From assembly GCA_030264375.1 (NCBI GenBank), contig JASCQW010000128.1:31593003-31657002 (forward strand): 64,000 bases of DNA, written 5' to 3'. Below are positions 25,648 to 41,110 of the stretch, in pieces. A program made the translations under genes and the position numbers. The notes beneath the pieces are model-generated. The model saw only the letters and a program-made list of their open reading frames with translations, did not search any database and had not been told where the DNA came from. This stretch comes from Carcharhinus longimanus (taxonomy: Eukaryota). The number at the start of each line of letters is the position of its first letter. Within the stretch, counting starts at the first letter, position 1.

Positions 25648-26330
25648 GGTCAGAAAGGTGCACAGGTCACTGAAAGTGGCAACGCAGGTGGAGAAGGTAG
25701 TCAAGAAGACATATGGCATGCTTGCCTTCATCGGCCAGGGCATTGAGCTTAAAAACTGGCAAGTCATGTTGCAGTTTTATAGAATCTTAGTTAAGCCACA
25801 CATGGAATATAGTGTTCAATTCTGATTGCCACACTACCAGAAGGACGTGAAGGCTTTGGAGAGGGTACAGAAAAGATTTACTAGGATGTTGCGTGGTATG
25901 GAGTGCAATAGCTATGAGGAGAGGTTGGAAAAACTTGGTTTGTTCGAACGGGAACAACAGAGGTTGAGGGGCGACCTGATAGAAGTGTACAAGATTATGA
26001 GGGGCATGGACAGAGTGGATAGTTAGGAGCTTTTTCCCAGGTTGGGAGAATCAATTACTAGGGAGTACAGGTTTAAGGGTCAGTGGCAAGGTTTAAAGGA
26101 GATGTACAAGGCAAGTTTTTATTTACACAGAGGGTGGTGAATGCCTGGAATTTGCTGCCGGGGAGATAGTGGAAGCAGATACGATCGTGACATTTAAGGG
26201 GTATCCTGACAAATGCCTGAATAGAACGGGAATAGAGGGATACGGTCCCCAGAAGGGTAGAGGGTTTTGGTTCAGTGCAGCAGGCTTGGGGGGACCGAAG
26301 GGATGTTCTTGTGCTGTAATTTTCTTTTGG
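25648..26330 (+). mobile_element. 5'-truncated CR1 (HER1-like) LINE
   Basis: ORF track 25826..26026 PHYQKDVKALERVQKRFTRML...RLRGDLIEVYKIMRGMDRVD, followed by the 3' tail. Confidence 0.9.
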
Positions 26331-26927
26331 TTTTTTTTCAAGTTAGTAAACACCCAAAGTAGACTTTCTAACAAAGTTAAAATATCTGAATGATATTCTT
26401 GCAGTTTTACATTTTAACTCCATGTGTTTTTGTCTCGAATATATTGTGATCGTTATTGTCCTGTATCTATTAATAATCTGGGCACTTCCCTCTAAATCAT
26501 TAACTCACCTACTGGAAACACATGGGGGTCTCCACGAGTTCCCAACCTGCACTTCATTTTAACTGTAGTTATTTTGTTGTGAGACTTCTTACTTCATTTT
26601 GACTGCCAGCCCTCACTAAAAGTCCCCCAGTGTGGAATCAGCCCTACTGTGTAGCCAATATAGCTTATCTGGTCCTTGTACGTCTTTATAACCATGGGTA
26701 GAAGAATCTAAAAGTTTTCTTGCTGTCATTTTTCCATCTCAACCTGCATCATCGCGGTTTTCCGTTCATTACTGTCCTACTCAGTAACGCTGTTACTTTT
26801 AAATGTCATGTCCGCATCCCGTTCCCTAGGTCTGAGGTAGAGATGGTTATAGTTCCCCAACTATATATTGTCTCACCTCACCCAATTGAATCTTCGGAGC
26901 TCTTATTAGCCGACTTTCTGCTATTTA

Positions 26928-27170
<243 letters not shown>

Positions 27171-27754
27171 TTATGGACGAAATGGAGAACATAATAAAAT
27201 TAGGGGCATGAGTAGTTCATTCGGTATTTCAAGCCTGCTCTGCCCTTCAACTCAATCGTGGCTGATCTGCACCTCACTCCATTCAGTTGCCTTTGCTCCC
27301 TTCCATGAAAATCTATCTACTGAAGCAAACTACTGCCGACACTGGAAGTCTGAAATAAAAATGGAAAACAGACGGCAAATGTGGAGAGAAGCCGATTTTA
27401 CGGTTTAGCCCGACGACCTTTCATGGGAACAAAATTTCAGCCTTGAATCTCAAATGTTCCTGGAGAATTCTAGATTTCTACTGGACAAGAAAGGTTGTGC
27501 TGCAAGCTAGAGTTCAATGTGTTCAGTTTAGACTATATTGGCAGGAAATTTCTGCTTGTTGCTCATGAACGAACGGTTCGCCCATTTTTTTCTATATACA
27601 TGTATAGACTTAGCCAGTGGACACGCTTTCCCAATCCGTGAGTGCATTCAAAATATAGATTTTTGGACAGTGATTATATTATTTTGTTTGAACCAATATG
27701 TGACGTTCCGTAGCAAAGTTATGGGTTTGTGACAAATGATATTTATAGGATCAA

Positions 27755-27958
27755 AATCTATTTCCACTATTCGTTCAGGCAGTGCATTCCAGATCGTAAC
27801 AACTCAGTTGCGTAAAAACAGCAGATAATGCATCTTTAAATATCTTCAGTTCGCCAATCGCTTTTAATGGTGCCCTTCATATTCATTATCGTTACGTTTA
27901 CGCAACTGAGTTATGATGATCTGGAATGCACTGCCTGAACGAAGAGTGGAAGCAGATT
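27755..27958. repeat. Inverted repeat, 62-bp arms (27755-27816 / 27897-27958), 80-nt spacer, CR1-derived
   Basis: Manual alignment gives 56/62 identity. The arm contains the CR1 motif atctggaatgcactgcctga. Confidence 0.9.
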
Positions 27959-28744
27959 CAATATTAACTTTCCAAAGGAAGTGGAGTATATTCTTACTTG
28001 AAAAAGGAAGTTTTGCAGGGCAATGAGAGAGCAGGGAAGTGGAACTAAATGGATAGACTGAATGGCCGTTGTGTTGAATGATTCTATGAGTGCTTGTGAA
28101 ATAAGCCTCAAAATTAATTAAAGATAGCTGCAAAAGGCAATACTTTAAATACCCATTGATTTTAGATATTCTCTCACTATTCTGGTAGTGCAGGTTCTGT
28201 TAACAAAGCAAATGATACCAAGCTTTCTGAAGGTTCCTGCACTTCAGCTGAGAAATCGTTCATCTTAATCAATGATTTAAATGAAGTATAAATAACATTG
28301 GGTTCATGCAAGTACAGCAGCACATGAACTCAATTGAACCAGTTGTTCTTTCCAGCCTGGTTTCCTATCTGATCATAAACTCAAAGTAATTTCTTTTGGA
28401 GCTGACTGCCATTGATATGAAGTGAATTAAAACTCATGTGGAATAGATCATTTGACCCTTTGAGTCTGTTCAATAAGAAGTCAACTCACCATCCCCTACC
28501 CCTTGATTCTTAGTACCCAAAAATTTATTAACCTTTCTTGAATATACTCAATGACTAGGATCCACAGCTGAGATAGAAAATTCCTTCAATTCACAAACCT
28601 TTGTGAAGATATATCTTTCATCCCAGCCCTAAATCACCTATCACTTATTTTGAGACTGTGACCTTAGTGCCAGAATCCGTAGCCCATCAAACCCCCAAAT
28701 AATTTTATACACTTCATCAAGTCACCTATCATTCATCTCAATTA

Positions 28745-28924
<180 letters not shown>

Positions 28925-29109
28925 TTATATACAATAACAGGGGAAAAAACTATTAATTGTAACACAAAAGTATAGCGAGTTATTGGTCAGTCCCTGTTAA
29001 GCTAAAATAAATTCCTCCCAAGCAGATGATAATGTAGAAGGGTCCTACAAGTAGGTGCAAATGCTGAGCTCCTTCCTACGCTCACACTAAAGATTGATGG
29101 GTGTTAGCC

Positions 29110-29500
29110 TTTTGGCAGTGGTAGTTGTTGAATCAGAAGATAGTGGGTTCAAGTCCCATTCCAGAGCACAATTTGGTGCTGATATTCTGATGCAGAAGTG
29201 CTGTCTTTCAGATTAGCCTCTAAAACAAGTACCAAGTTGTCCTTTTGAGGTGAAAATTCCAAGATGTTATATCATTCTTTTGAAGAGGAGCAAGGGTGTT
29301 CTCTCCAGCCAATTCTCTTCACCAATTCTCTTCTCTTCGCCAATACTCTCCACCAACATCCTCACATTGCTATTTATGGAACCTTGATATGCGCACACTG
29401 GCTGCTGTATTTCCACATATTACAAGGAACACCATAACTTAAACAACATTTGATTAACTGTGAAGCTTGTTTGAATCTCCCAAGGACCTGAAAGACTAAT
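29110..29500 (+). mobile_element. Deu-domain (SacSINE1/AmnSINE-like) SINE
   Basis: gggttcaagtccca, tgctgtctttcagat, tttgaagaggagcaagggtgttctc, acattgctatttatggaaccttg, tggctgctgtatttcc. Confidence 0.7.
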
Positions 29501-32500
29501 TTTCCTTTCATATCAGTGACTGTCAACATTAAAGGGATGTGAAATAACCAAATCAAGGAGCCATATTTCACTGTGACCCAATAATTTTAGAGGTTAAGTA
29601 TTTGAATTGTCTGTTTAGAAGACCTCATTCGTGTTGTTGGGAATTGCTTGGTAGGCTGTTAACTAAGGCAGATATCACTCTGATTCCTTGCTTCGATTAA
29701 CTGGGTTCTGTTAATTTGAACTCGTGGTTACTGAACAAGGAAAGCGTTTGCGGTATAGGGAAATGAGGGCAGGGTACAGAGGAGTCACTTTGTCGATTAA
29801 TTTACTGTATGTGAACAAAGATTCGTACTTTTGAATCATGTTGTTAATCAAGAAGGCCCAAAGGAAGAGGGATCCTAGGAAATGTTCAGACAGGTATGCA
29901 AGGAAATTTAAAGAAACATTAGAGTTACACAAAACCAAAACATCTTGAAACAAAGGGAACACAACAGAAGTAGAGACTGAAACTGAAAGAAGAGATCTTG
30001 AAACAAAATATACATTGGAACAATAAGACTAAGACAAGAATGAAATAAACAGAGACTGAAAAAGAGTTTCTTCCTATGTTTAGTCAATTTACGAAACCTC
30101 ATTAGAAAGAAAAAGAAACTTGCATTAATATCGGCCTTTCATGGACTTGGGACCTCCCAAAGTCCGTCCAGTAATGAGTGTGGCATTGAAGGCTTCGTGA
30201 CGAATAAGCAGCTCTTGAACCTGCTGTTTCAATTTTGGAGAATATTTGAAGAAGATACGAAGAGAGGGGTCATGTCACTGAGAGAATTCCAGAAGATAGA
30301 TTTTCCAGTTTCTCTCCCAGGACGAATTCCCCATTCTGTTGAAGTGCAGTAGAAAATTGGAGGCACTTCGTCCATTGAAATCACAGGCAGAGGGTCGTAA
30401 TCCTCAAATGGACGAGGATTTCCAATGTACATGGAAGTTGGAGTTTCATTATTTGGAAGCTATGAAAAGTAGCCGATGATGGAATGAATGGTTGCATTCT
30501 ATGCCGTTGTAAAACTTTTGACAATAACTATAGTTTTCAAGACTTATGAAGGGAATTGAATAAAATGATCGAGTTTTTTAATGCCGCAACGATTTTAATT
30601 ATCGGGAACATGTGTTTAAAAGTATGTGACGAAATTTTGGGACTACTTCCACCGGGGCAATTTATTGAAGCCGAATTAGGTTCAAGAATTGAGGTAGTTA
30701 TGTAGGGAGAGAGAGGTTTGAGAGCGCATTTTTAAACTCGTGCACAGGGCATCTTGAATGAGCGGAGAATCCGCCTGGTTTGGTCTTACAAAGAATGACT
30801 AAGGTGTGGCCCAGAATTGTCCAAGTAGAAAGTGGAGGTGGGCAACGTGAAGAAATTCACCAGGGAGCTGGACGGATTTTTCTTTGAATATCGAGACTGT
30901 TTTGAGTAACAGGTTAGATTAGGTTGATTGGCCATGGTAAATTAGCCCTAGTGTCAGGGGATTAGCAGGGTAAATGAGAGAGGTTACAGGAATAAGGTCT
31001 GGATGGGATTGTGATCGATGGGCCGAATAGGCCTCCTTCTGCACTGTAAGGATTCTAAGGTATGGTTCTAATAGGGTTTCAAATGCATGTCGCGATCGTC
31101 TCGCATACCTCTCCAGTGAACAGAGTGGTGTGCAGTTTTTATATGTGGAGGCACATTTCGGATTAGTGCTTTTAGCAGGAGCCTTTGCGCTGCTCTGTAA
31201 ACTGGGTACAAACGGACATCGAGGGCACTCGACCGGATCTGTAAGGTTTTATTTCCAGACTTTTTGGGAATTTCCTGCATTATCTATGTTCTAGATAACA
31301 ACAGAGTTCATATATAAAGCATGTCAATATTTTCAAACAGGGAAGATTACCAGCTGACCTGCGATTGTCACAGATCATCGGAACAACCTAAAGAGCAACA
31401 TGCTCCAATATTTTATATTTTCCTAGGTCTGCGTCCGCTTTTATTGAATAAAAGAGATGGGAAATTGGACGGGTTCACAGTTATGCCCTCCGATCCACTT
31501 TTTTTTGGTTCATTGCTGTGGTCAAACAATCCATCGTGCGTGGGTGCAGAGCTAGGAAAATCTCCCGGAACATTTTAATACAGATGCTAGAGTACACATC
31601 CTCCTGACGACCCTTGTCTCACCTATTGTCAAACATGTCGGCTAGTTTCTTGCTCACGTCCGATTTCAGCAGTCAGATACATGCAAATAGTTCCATCCAG
31701 AGGGGCAGGAACTGACCTAGAGAGTGACAGTGCACTTACACACAAACTTCAAGGGTTGAGCAAAAAGGTAACATGCACAGTCCTGCAGCCTGTCATCTGC
31801 TGATCAGTGAACACTAGTAAACACTAGCATCAAATCCATATCACACCTTCAGAATATGGATTTAATAAATTGGTTCCTCAGATAAATGAAAGGGCTGGAG
31901 CATTTATTCATAGAATTACAGCCTCTTCCTCACATTCTTGATACTTTGCTATAGCTGTGAGTAATAATGTTCCACTTATTCTAACCTAGTGTCAGTGTCA
32001 AACTCCTCGGCAGGTACAGCTCGGGTTAGATATAGAGCTTCTTCTACACTGCCCCATCAAACGCTTCCAGGATAGATCGGGCCTCTGTACTTTCTGACAA
32101 TGTTCCGTATCCTGAAACTCACTGGACTGGTGTGCCAATTAAGTTTCCCATTATAGCCACCTTTGTGAATCCCCAGCAAACTTCCTAGCCTATCCAAATA
32201 GGGGGTCAATTACTGAGTATTCAATATCTACCTTTGATGGGAAAGGGGGCAGCACAGCATATACCAGTTACCTTTTCGTGCTGGTTCTGGTTAGTTCTAC
32301 AATTCCGATTTACAGTTTCCAGCTTCTAATGACATTTATGACCCTCCACTTAACCCACCAACTTGATTGAAGCTCTTGGCGAAATTGCTGTTGATTGGGT
32401 TTTGATATAATGTTCATGAATGTCCTTTAGGGGAGGAAAACTGCCACCCTTACCTGGTCTGGCATATATGTGACTCCAGAGCCGCAATACAGTTGATTCT

Positions 32501-35500
32501 CAAGGGCAACTAAGATTGGGCAATAAATGTTGGCCAGCCAGTGATGTCCATATCCCACAAATAAAAAAAAATGACGTTATGTTACTGGGATCAGGGAGCT
32601 GGTCAATATATTCATTACGTATAGTGTTGAGATTGGGTAGGATAAAAGCAAATCCCTCTTGATTGATAGTCAAACTTTGTTCCATCTGTATGTGTTCACT
32701 GGACTTGCTCAATTTTCTGAGATTTCAAACCAATATTATTCAAATTTTGGCCGGAACATCAAATTGGTAGGAACCCTGAACATGAACGTAAGTGGAACTG
32801 ACAGACGTACAGACACCGAGTAGACTGGAAATGTGATAGATGGAGCCTGAATTAAGCAGAAGCTGTTGGCTGCCGGATGATTAATTTCTGGTCACTTTCC
32901 AATGGTGTTTTTCCAACCAAGTTGCACACACACTCAGTTGTGTTACTGCCTTTTGCCTGGTAATAGTTAGAAGGTTGGGCTTGAGCATGCAAGAGGCAGA
33001 TAATGTTACCAACCTTGGAATGAGTTCATGGAACGTCCTGGGTAGGCTGTTAGATGGGAGGGGAAGAAAAAGGCAGAGTGAGTGGAGTCAAGCAAAGGGA
33101 AAGAAATGAATTCAGTGAAGAAAGAGAAAGAAGAGAGGCAGAAATGATGACAACAAAACATTAAACAGATACATGGAAGTTGGAAACTCAGACATTTAAA
33201 CATGCTATTCCTTTCTGCATGCAAGAGTTATGTGTTTATCATAAATTTTAAAATCTGGCTAGTTTTTGCTCAAAGGATCTGCTTTGATCCAAAACAGTTG
33301 AAAAATTCAAGTGAAACATTAGCCTTGATTTAAACTGGGGACAAGGAGTTTTGTGGGTAGCTTAGTGGAGGAATGGGAAGGGGCAGTGTTTTGGTGGATA
33401 GGAACCAAGGTGGGTACCAAACTGTCCACATCTTGGGATTGTGCGGCTTAGGAAATTAAACTTCCAGGTCTTGTCTACAGAGCCTCAATGAGTGCTCCCC
33501 ACCAACATCCTACTGCCCCCCGCCGCCCCACCCCAGAAATTGGCTGGGAGGTAGGCGTGCAGTTGCAATGAAGCAATGGCTATTACTGGAGACCAAAGCA
33601 AGGGCAGACAGGTGATATGCGAGAGGAAGTTTCAAGAGGACCTTGCAATTTGAAGAGTTGGTGGGGAGGTGCCTGGGGACGGGTAGAGGGAACACCTGGG
33701 TAAGGGAACCCCGAGTTCATGTAGCTTAGAGGAACAGTCCTGCTCCTCATGGATCCCCAATGAATTTTTAAAATACGTAAGACTTGGACTTTCAATCACA
33801 ACACAATTTCTCACTTATTCCTGGTGTAAAACCACAACTGCTTTCCCCACCCAGGCTTTGATTAAGACAGCATTCCATTATCCCAATTATGTCTCTTAAT
33901 CCTAAACTGCATCTTTAAAGAGGAATTCTGTAAGTTTCCAACAGTTGTCCCCTCGCTTGCTCGGAAGACCAGGAATTAGTGTGTGACATCAGTAGGTGAG
34001 TCACGTGTGGCAATTCTAACTGCCTGGCCTGTTTCTGTCAATCAGGTAATGTTAAAATCGGCCAGGTTGAATCTGAAATGACCACGGACAATAATATAAC
34101 CTGCGAGTCTCTAATTTCTTCTACGTGCCTGAGACCATAAACATAGGGCAATACAGGAGGTAAATATCCATTAAAGCCCACTGACACAGTACATATGCAC
34201 TGAAGGGGAAAATGTTAAGATAATATTCCCAAGCATCTCTGGCCTTCTACAAGAGCATGTTGCTTGTAACTGGGCTGTTTAACCTCATAAGGTCCAGTTT
34301 CTCATGTGTCATTTTCCACCCTGCCCCAATTGGCCAACCACCATTGATTCCAGCCAACCTGGCACAGTTAGAGAGTTTGTTTCATTGACCATGTGCATGG
34401 TCCACAGTATTGGTCCTTAGATGTTATATAGTATTTAACTGTGGAAAGCATCACATTGTCAAGGCCCATACAGTTCTGTCCACACTTGTATTTTCTAGAA
34501 ATAGTCACAGAAGGAACATTGGCTGATATTTCTGTGGCTTCCTATCCCACCCAAATTCCTGAAGATGTACCTAGACCTTGTGGAAGTATTTCAAAGTGCT
34601 CAAATTCATCAGCTTGATATTTAAAATTTTGTACTCCAACACACTTCATGTTCTCGCAGGGTTTCTTATGTTTAAACCTATAAAGTAGTGTCCAGTGATT
34701 CCCTCAAAATGTTGTTACAGGTTCTAGCCATCCAAGCACAAATTTCAGTTGCTCAAGCAACTCCAGCTGTTATTCTGTTTAATCTCAGGTTCTGATTTTA
34801 AGGATGCTTAAAACTTTATTTTCAGGTATTTCCCCCATTGAAGGGGACACCCACCCATATTGATTGGGTTGTCAAATGGCTGAATGATTGTTCAGGATCA
34901 TTATGCCATAAAGACAGCACCCATGATTGTATCAATGATAAAAATAAATGATGTTTGAACACAGAAAGATCAAAAACAATGTTATTTTCATTTTTGGCAA
35001 TCATTTCTATAATCAAAGCCCTAGCACCTTACTCGAGATTTTACAATCCCCACATGTGCATTTTTCAAAATGAGCCATTTTAAAGTAGCATAGCATTGAA
35101 TTACGAGCTAATTCCCACCTTCGTTCCCTAGCCTAATTAGTTCTCATGCTGTCACCTTGCGTGACATTGACTAAGTCAGCAGGAGTCGAGTTCCTAGCCC
35201 ATGCCACCTCATCCAGTGCACTCACCCTCAAGTCATTACCCATGTCATTTCTAATCCTTAATTTTGAAAATTATTCAGGTCTGTAGCTCTGCAGTTAGTT
35301 CAACAATTTCAGTTCTGGAAACTATGACAAAGGAACTGGTCACAGGATCAACAGTAACAGTGAGCTAGAGAGTGTAGGGAAATGTGCGTCAGGGATGAGG
35401 CAAACATCTGTGTGCTTCAACACTACATCCCTAAATCATCATTTCTGGAGCGCTTCTTTATAATCAAATAACTCTGATTATAGAAACAGAAGTCATTTGA

Positions 35501-36814
35501 CTGCAAATATTGAGTCAGATTGTTCTTGGATTTGCTCCCATATCTAAACTGAAAATAAACAGGTTTCACTGATACTTTCATCTGTGAAAACCAGAGCACA
35601 CTATTATGATTGGAACTGGTATTTCACAGAATAAAACATAATACACTTTTCTGCTGCAAACTCAATTCAACTTCAATGGCAAGTAACACATATTTAAAAA
35701 GATTTACAGAAGTAACAGCTGAAAATCCAAAATAAGAGAGTGCAGTAGGAGAAAGAATAAAAGGACAAATTAATGTCTGTTAAAGTCCCTTCATCAGGTC
35801 TGGAAATTGGAAGACAAATAAACTGTTTCCTAAGTTTGAGTAAAATTAAGGGGAAGGATATTATCTGAAATCCCTCAGCCACAAGAACCAGAGGTGTTTG
35901 AATACAGTTCAATCTCATTGGTGAGAAGACATGCCACATATTCTAGACTTATGCTGGTATCCATCCAAACATTTTCCCCATTCATCTATATTGTCTCTCC
36001 TTCACATTTCAGGGCAACATTACAGCTAGCATCAGCAACAGAAACTACTTGGGCACAGACATGCAATGTTGAATAAAACTACCTCTTTGAGCTCAAATAT
36101 ATTTAAACAAAAGGGGGCATTAAGAAATTAAATCCCAAATAAGATAGTTTTTGGTTCATTTGTTACTGGCAACATCTTTCTTCTAGTAGACTGCAACATC
36201 GTCTAAACTCCTTGATCAGCCAGTGCCTTAAAAATCAATCAATAATGCAAAAGCCAGGCTTTAGAGATGGAGCAGTTAGAAACTCTGTTGCTAATCTTGG
36301 CTAGATCTGATCTTCTTCAAGCATGAATTCCTGTCGTGATGCTGATGGACTGGTCAAGTGATTATATCGTAGAATCGTAGACAGTGATGGATATTGAGAA
36401 ATCATATATAGAACATTCCACTCAACATGGCAGCAATTTCACTGTATATGACTTTACTGGACTTCAGCTTCACGGAATATTTCAGTAGCTAATAACTAAC
36501 AACAGTGCAGGATTTCACAGTATTGCTAATTTTCACAATTAACTCTTTTTCCTTTCAATGGCATTGACTTCAGATGCTAAAATTCTTAGGATACAAGAAA
36601 CAAGACCAATAGTAAATTATTCCAATAAAATGTTGATTATGCATTTGCCAAGTGGATGATAATGTTCCATTTTAGACACAGTTGTATAATTGAAACTCTG
36701 GTTTCCCCTCTCAGTAGATTTTACAATGTTTGCACCCATGTACAAGCCAATGGTATGAAATGATTAAATCTTTTTTTGTTACATTTTTGGGTCTTGTCAC
36801 AGTTAACATCTTCA

Positions 36815-37054
<240 letters not shown>

Positions 37055-37654
37055 TCAATATACCCTCCAATGGACTCCATCTCATTGCTCTGTATAAATG
37101 CTCACTGATTGTGAGCAATAGGTAAAGGTGCTGTTAACACATATATCTGTACAGCATGGAGAAATAGCTTAGAGTTAAGTAGACTGGATATAGTCAGGCA
37201 CATTGATAACCCACATTATGGAAACAANNNNNNNNNNNNNNNNNNNNNNNNNNNNNNNNNNNNNNNNNNNNNNNNNNNNNNNNNNNNNNNNNNNNNNNNN
37301 NNNNNNNNNNNNNNNNNNNNNNNNNNNNNNNNNNNNNNNNNNNNNNNNNNNNNNNNNNNNNNNNNNNNNNNNNNNNNNNNNNNNNNNNNNNNNNNNNNNN
37401 NNNNNNNNNNNNNNNNNNNNNNNNNNNNNNNNNNNNNNNNNNNNNNNNNNNNNGAACGTCAAATAAAATCTTGCTCCTTCAGAACTTGACTTGACTAAAT
37501 TGTTTAACTGTGAGCTGTGTTTCTCACACTGATCACCAAAGGTATGAAACAAAACTACAGAAATTTCTCATGCCTTGAAAATATTCCTCACATCCTCAGA
37601 AGATTCCACATCTCCACTAATCAACCTTGTGACTAATTTGACAAGGAAGTATAC

Positions 37655-38525
37655 ATGAATAAGATGGGAATAGAAGGATATGGTCCCCGGAAGGGTAGGG
37701 GGTTTTAGTTCAGTCAGACAGCGTGGTCGGCGCAGGCTTGGAGGGCCAAAGGGCCTGATTCTGTGCTGTAATTCTCTTGTTCTTTGTCCTTTGTATTCAG
37801 TGTATGACGACACGTAGGACGTTCTGAGGAATAAAGGGATCTTGGTGTGTTTATCCATAGATCTCTGAATGAGTGGTAGAAGGGTGGTGAAAAAGGCATA
37901 CAGGAAAATTGCCTTTTATTAATCGAGACATAGATTACAAAGGCAGGGAAGTCATGTTGGAGTTGTATAGAACTTTGGTGAAGCCCAGCTGGAGTATTGT
38001 ATGCAGTTCTGATTGCCACGTTTATAGGAAGGCTATGATTGCACTGGAGGAGGTGCAGAGGAGATTCACCAGGACATTGCATGGAATGGAACATTTAAGT
38101 TGTGAAGAGAGGATGGACAGGCTTGGGTTGTTTTCATTAGAGCAGAGCAGACTGAGGGGCAACCTGATCGAGGTGTAAAAGATTTTGAGGGGCATGGACA
38201 GAGTGTATAGGGAGCAGATGTTCTCCTTTGTTGAAGAGTCAGTCATGAGGGGTCACAAGTTCGAGGTGAGGGGTAGGAAGTTTAGAGATAATGTGGGACA
38301 AAAATCTTTTACCCAGAGGGTGGTGATGGCCTGGAATGTGCTGCCTGGAAGAGTGGTGGAAGTGGGCTGCCTCACATCCTTTACAAAGTACTTGGCAAGT
38401 CATAACATTCAAAGCTATGGGTCAAGCACTGATAAATGGGAATAGGTAGGTAAGTCAGATGTTTCTCACATGTAGGTGCAGACTCAATGGGCTAAAGAGA
38501 CTCTTCTGCCCTGTGTAATTCTATG
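37655..38525 (+). mobile_element. CR1 fragments (isolated 3' tail 37655-37790, then a 5'-truncated copy)
   Basis: ORF track 37909..38178 and 38185..38445 (MLELYRTLV, ALEEVQRRFTR, FTQRVVMAWNVLP). Confidence 0.9.
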
Positions 38526-40329
38526 AACAGCTCTAGAAAAACTGATGACTCTAAAGCAGCCTTCAGTGTTGGTCTGTGACATGTAGTTGCACTGAAAAAT
38601 ATTGCTTATCACACCTCACCTACAGGTTTACCCAATGTTCAACATTTTGCAAGGGAGTAATTAGTGGTGGATATAAACATTTCTGACAGGGATGTTAGCA
38701 ACTGATGATGGGTTTCTTCACTAACTTCTAAGAAAGTGGGATTTGTGAATGTTCTTGAAAATAAGATTTTCTCAGTATTCTTAGTAACAGTAAAGTTGCA
38801 TCTGCCTGATTTTCCCCAAAAAGGGATGAGGGGGATTCTGCTCCGTTTCACCATGCTGATGATGAGACCTCACTCCCATTGCATCCCAAAAAAGTGTCAA
38901 ACCATCCAAGGAAAGTTGGATCCGATACTAGCAGAGGTTGTTGAAAAATAATTTATATTGAAACAAATTCAAATGGCCTACAATAATTGGATTTCAAAAA
39001 ATGTAATGCTAATATGAACTACAGACTCCAAAGCACTGAAAAATCACCAAACGAAATGTCAGAAACAGCCTTTGGAGTGACTGTGACATCTGTTCCAAAA
39101 AAAAAGGGGCAATTCTCCAGGGACACTGTCCTTGGCAAGAATCATGATGGCCCGTTGAATTGTGAATTAGGCAAAAAGTGGGATTCTCGCATCAACCTGT
39201 TGCAAGTCCACCTGCCCACTGCACCAAGCCCAATCAGGTTCTCAACCAGAGTGGATGGGAACCTAATGAATAATTATAATTGGTCATTTAATTGCAAGGC
39301 CCTCCTGTAATGCATCTGAACCCACAGCAGGAGGTTCAGTGGACAGGATTTGGCTCAGGTCCTGACAAACATAGACCTGGCACCTTGGACTCTGAGGTTG
39401 GGGGATTGTCAAGAATTTGGGTTTTGTGCCCATGTGCCAAATGACACTGCTGCCAAGCTGGTCCCTAAGGGACTTGGGGTTGGGTCGGCTCGGGCTTAGG
39501 GCAAGGCATTGACCTTGGGACTGTCTCCTGGATGGGGGTCTCATGACTGGATTGCCCCTTCTTGCCCTGGGAAAACTGGAAATCACTCTTGGCATGGTGA
39601 TCTCAGGCTTGTTCTAATTTACAAGTCAAACAGCAGTCAGGAACTTTCACTTTCACTCTTTTCTAACCACAATGTTTATAAACAGGCTTACTCTTTGATC
39701 TGAAGACCTTGGCTGACTGTTTTTCTCAAACAATCATACTGGAATCACGTGCTTGTGCTGGAGGTGACTTTCAGCCTTAGAAGAGGCTGTCACCATTTCC
39801 CTGCCATCCTGGTTGCGTCACTCTGGCAGTGACACCCTGACTATCTTTAGTTAGAGGGTGGGGGTGGCTGTCTCCGAATGTAGAGATTGGGGCACCCTTT
39901 AAAATGGCACCCTGATCTCCATGAAGCCGCCTGCTGGCGTGATTTACATCTTGCATATTTTTACATGTCAAAGGTGGCTGAATTCCTCCTACCATACACT
40001 GCTAGCACCAGCATAAAACACTCTGGTTTTCCTGCAGGTAGGAACATTTGGAATAAAAATGGGAGAATCACACTAAATGATTCTTATGACTTAAAGACAC
40101 GTAATTCTGCTTGAAACCTTAATGGAGAAATGTTATGTGTAACTACAACTTAAGTTAAAATTTCATGTGCCATTGTACTTTCGGTGTAGTCTTTTTTGAG
40201 TTGTCTGCCTTTCTGAAGCTTTATTTAAGTTGCAAGTTTTTTTGCATTTATGTATTCGTGAAAGTTCCAGACCACATTCTAATCTTTGCTCAGAGCCACA
40301 GTCTTTTTCCTTCCCAGCAGTTGACTTAC

Positions 40330-40455
40330 CCGAGTAATCATCAGATGAAGTCTTCTCATTCAGCCGAAGAGTTTTATCAATATGATGTCGATCTCTGTAA
40401 AGTAGCTGTAGCTCAGGCTGCTCCTCCATCTCCGCCTCCACGTCATCTCCTTCAT
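40330..40455 (-). CDS. SRL: SRL exon (126 nt): DEGDDVEAEMEEQPELQLLYRDRHHIDKTLRLNEKTSSDDYS
   Basis: Acceptor tttgtctgcag|AT, donor TAC TCG G|gtaagt. Resembles the mammalian [23 protein letters not shown] exon. Confidence 0.95.
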
Positions 40456-40792
40456 CTGCAGACAAAGAGGAAAGAAAACATCAGAAATGAACAGCTCTTC
40501 TCAATTTTAAATGCTCTGAATCCCCATTCCAAAAGATTTGCTGGCACAACCTTCACTCTCCCTGTCAGCCTTGGATCAATAATAATATTCTCAACTCTTG
40601 TCCTACTTCAGAAACTTGAGTGCAAAATCCAGACTCGTACTTCCAGCATTATACTGAGACACTGTCACTGTCAGAGGTATCATCCTTCAAATNNNNNNNN
40701 NNNNNNNNNNNNNNNNNNNNNNNNNNNNNNNNNNNNNNNNNNNNNNNNNNNNNNNNNNNNNNNNNNNNNNNNNNNNNNNNNNNNNNNNNNNN

Positions 40793-41110
40793 CCTTCAAA
40801 TAAGATATTAAACTGAAGCCCTGTCTATCCTGTTGAGTAGATGTAAAAGGTCCCATGTCACTAATTTGAAAAAGAGCCGTGAATTCTTCCCAGTGTCTTG
40901 ACCAATTTTAATCTTGAACCAATGTTAAAACCAGCTCATGAGGTCATTCATCTTATTGCTGTTTGTGGAAATTTGCCGTGAGCAAATTGACTTCTGTATT
41001 TTTCTGTATTACAACAATTATTATTTTACAATAATTAAAAAATTATTCCATGGAATGTTCTTGGACATCCTGAGGATGTGAAGAACACCATAAAAATCCA
41101 AGTTCTTTCC
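40793..41110 (+). mobile_element. Deu-domain SINE
   Basis: tagatgtaaaaggtcccatgtcacta, attgctgtttgtgg, tcctgaggatgtgaa, caagttctttc. Confidence 0.7.

Noticed and set aside
40165-40803. Long plus-strand ORFs (212 aa here; 26974..27408; gap-spanning ORFs at 37175-37552 and 48499-49152)
   Set aside because: Antisense shadows of SRL exons or frames extended by N runs, with no recognisable protein motifs.
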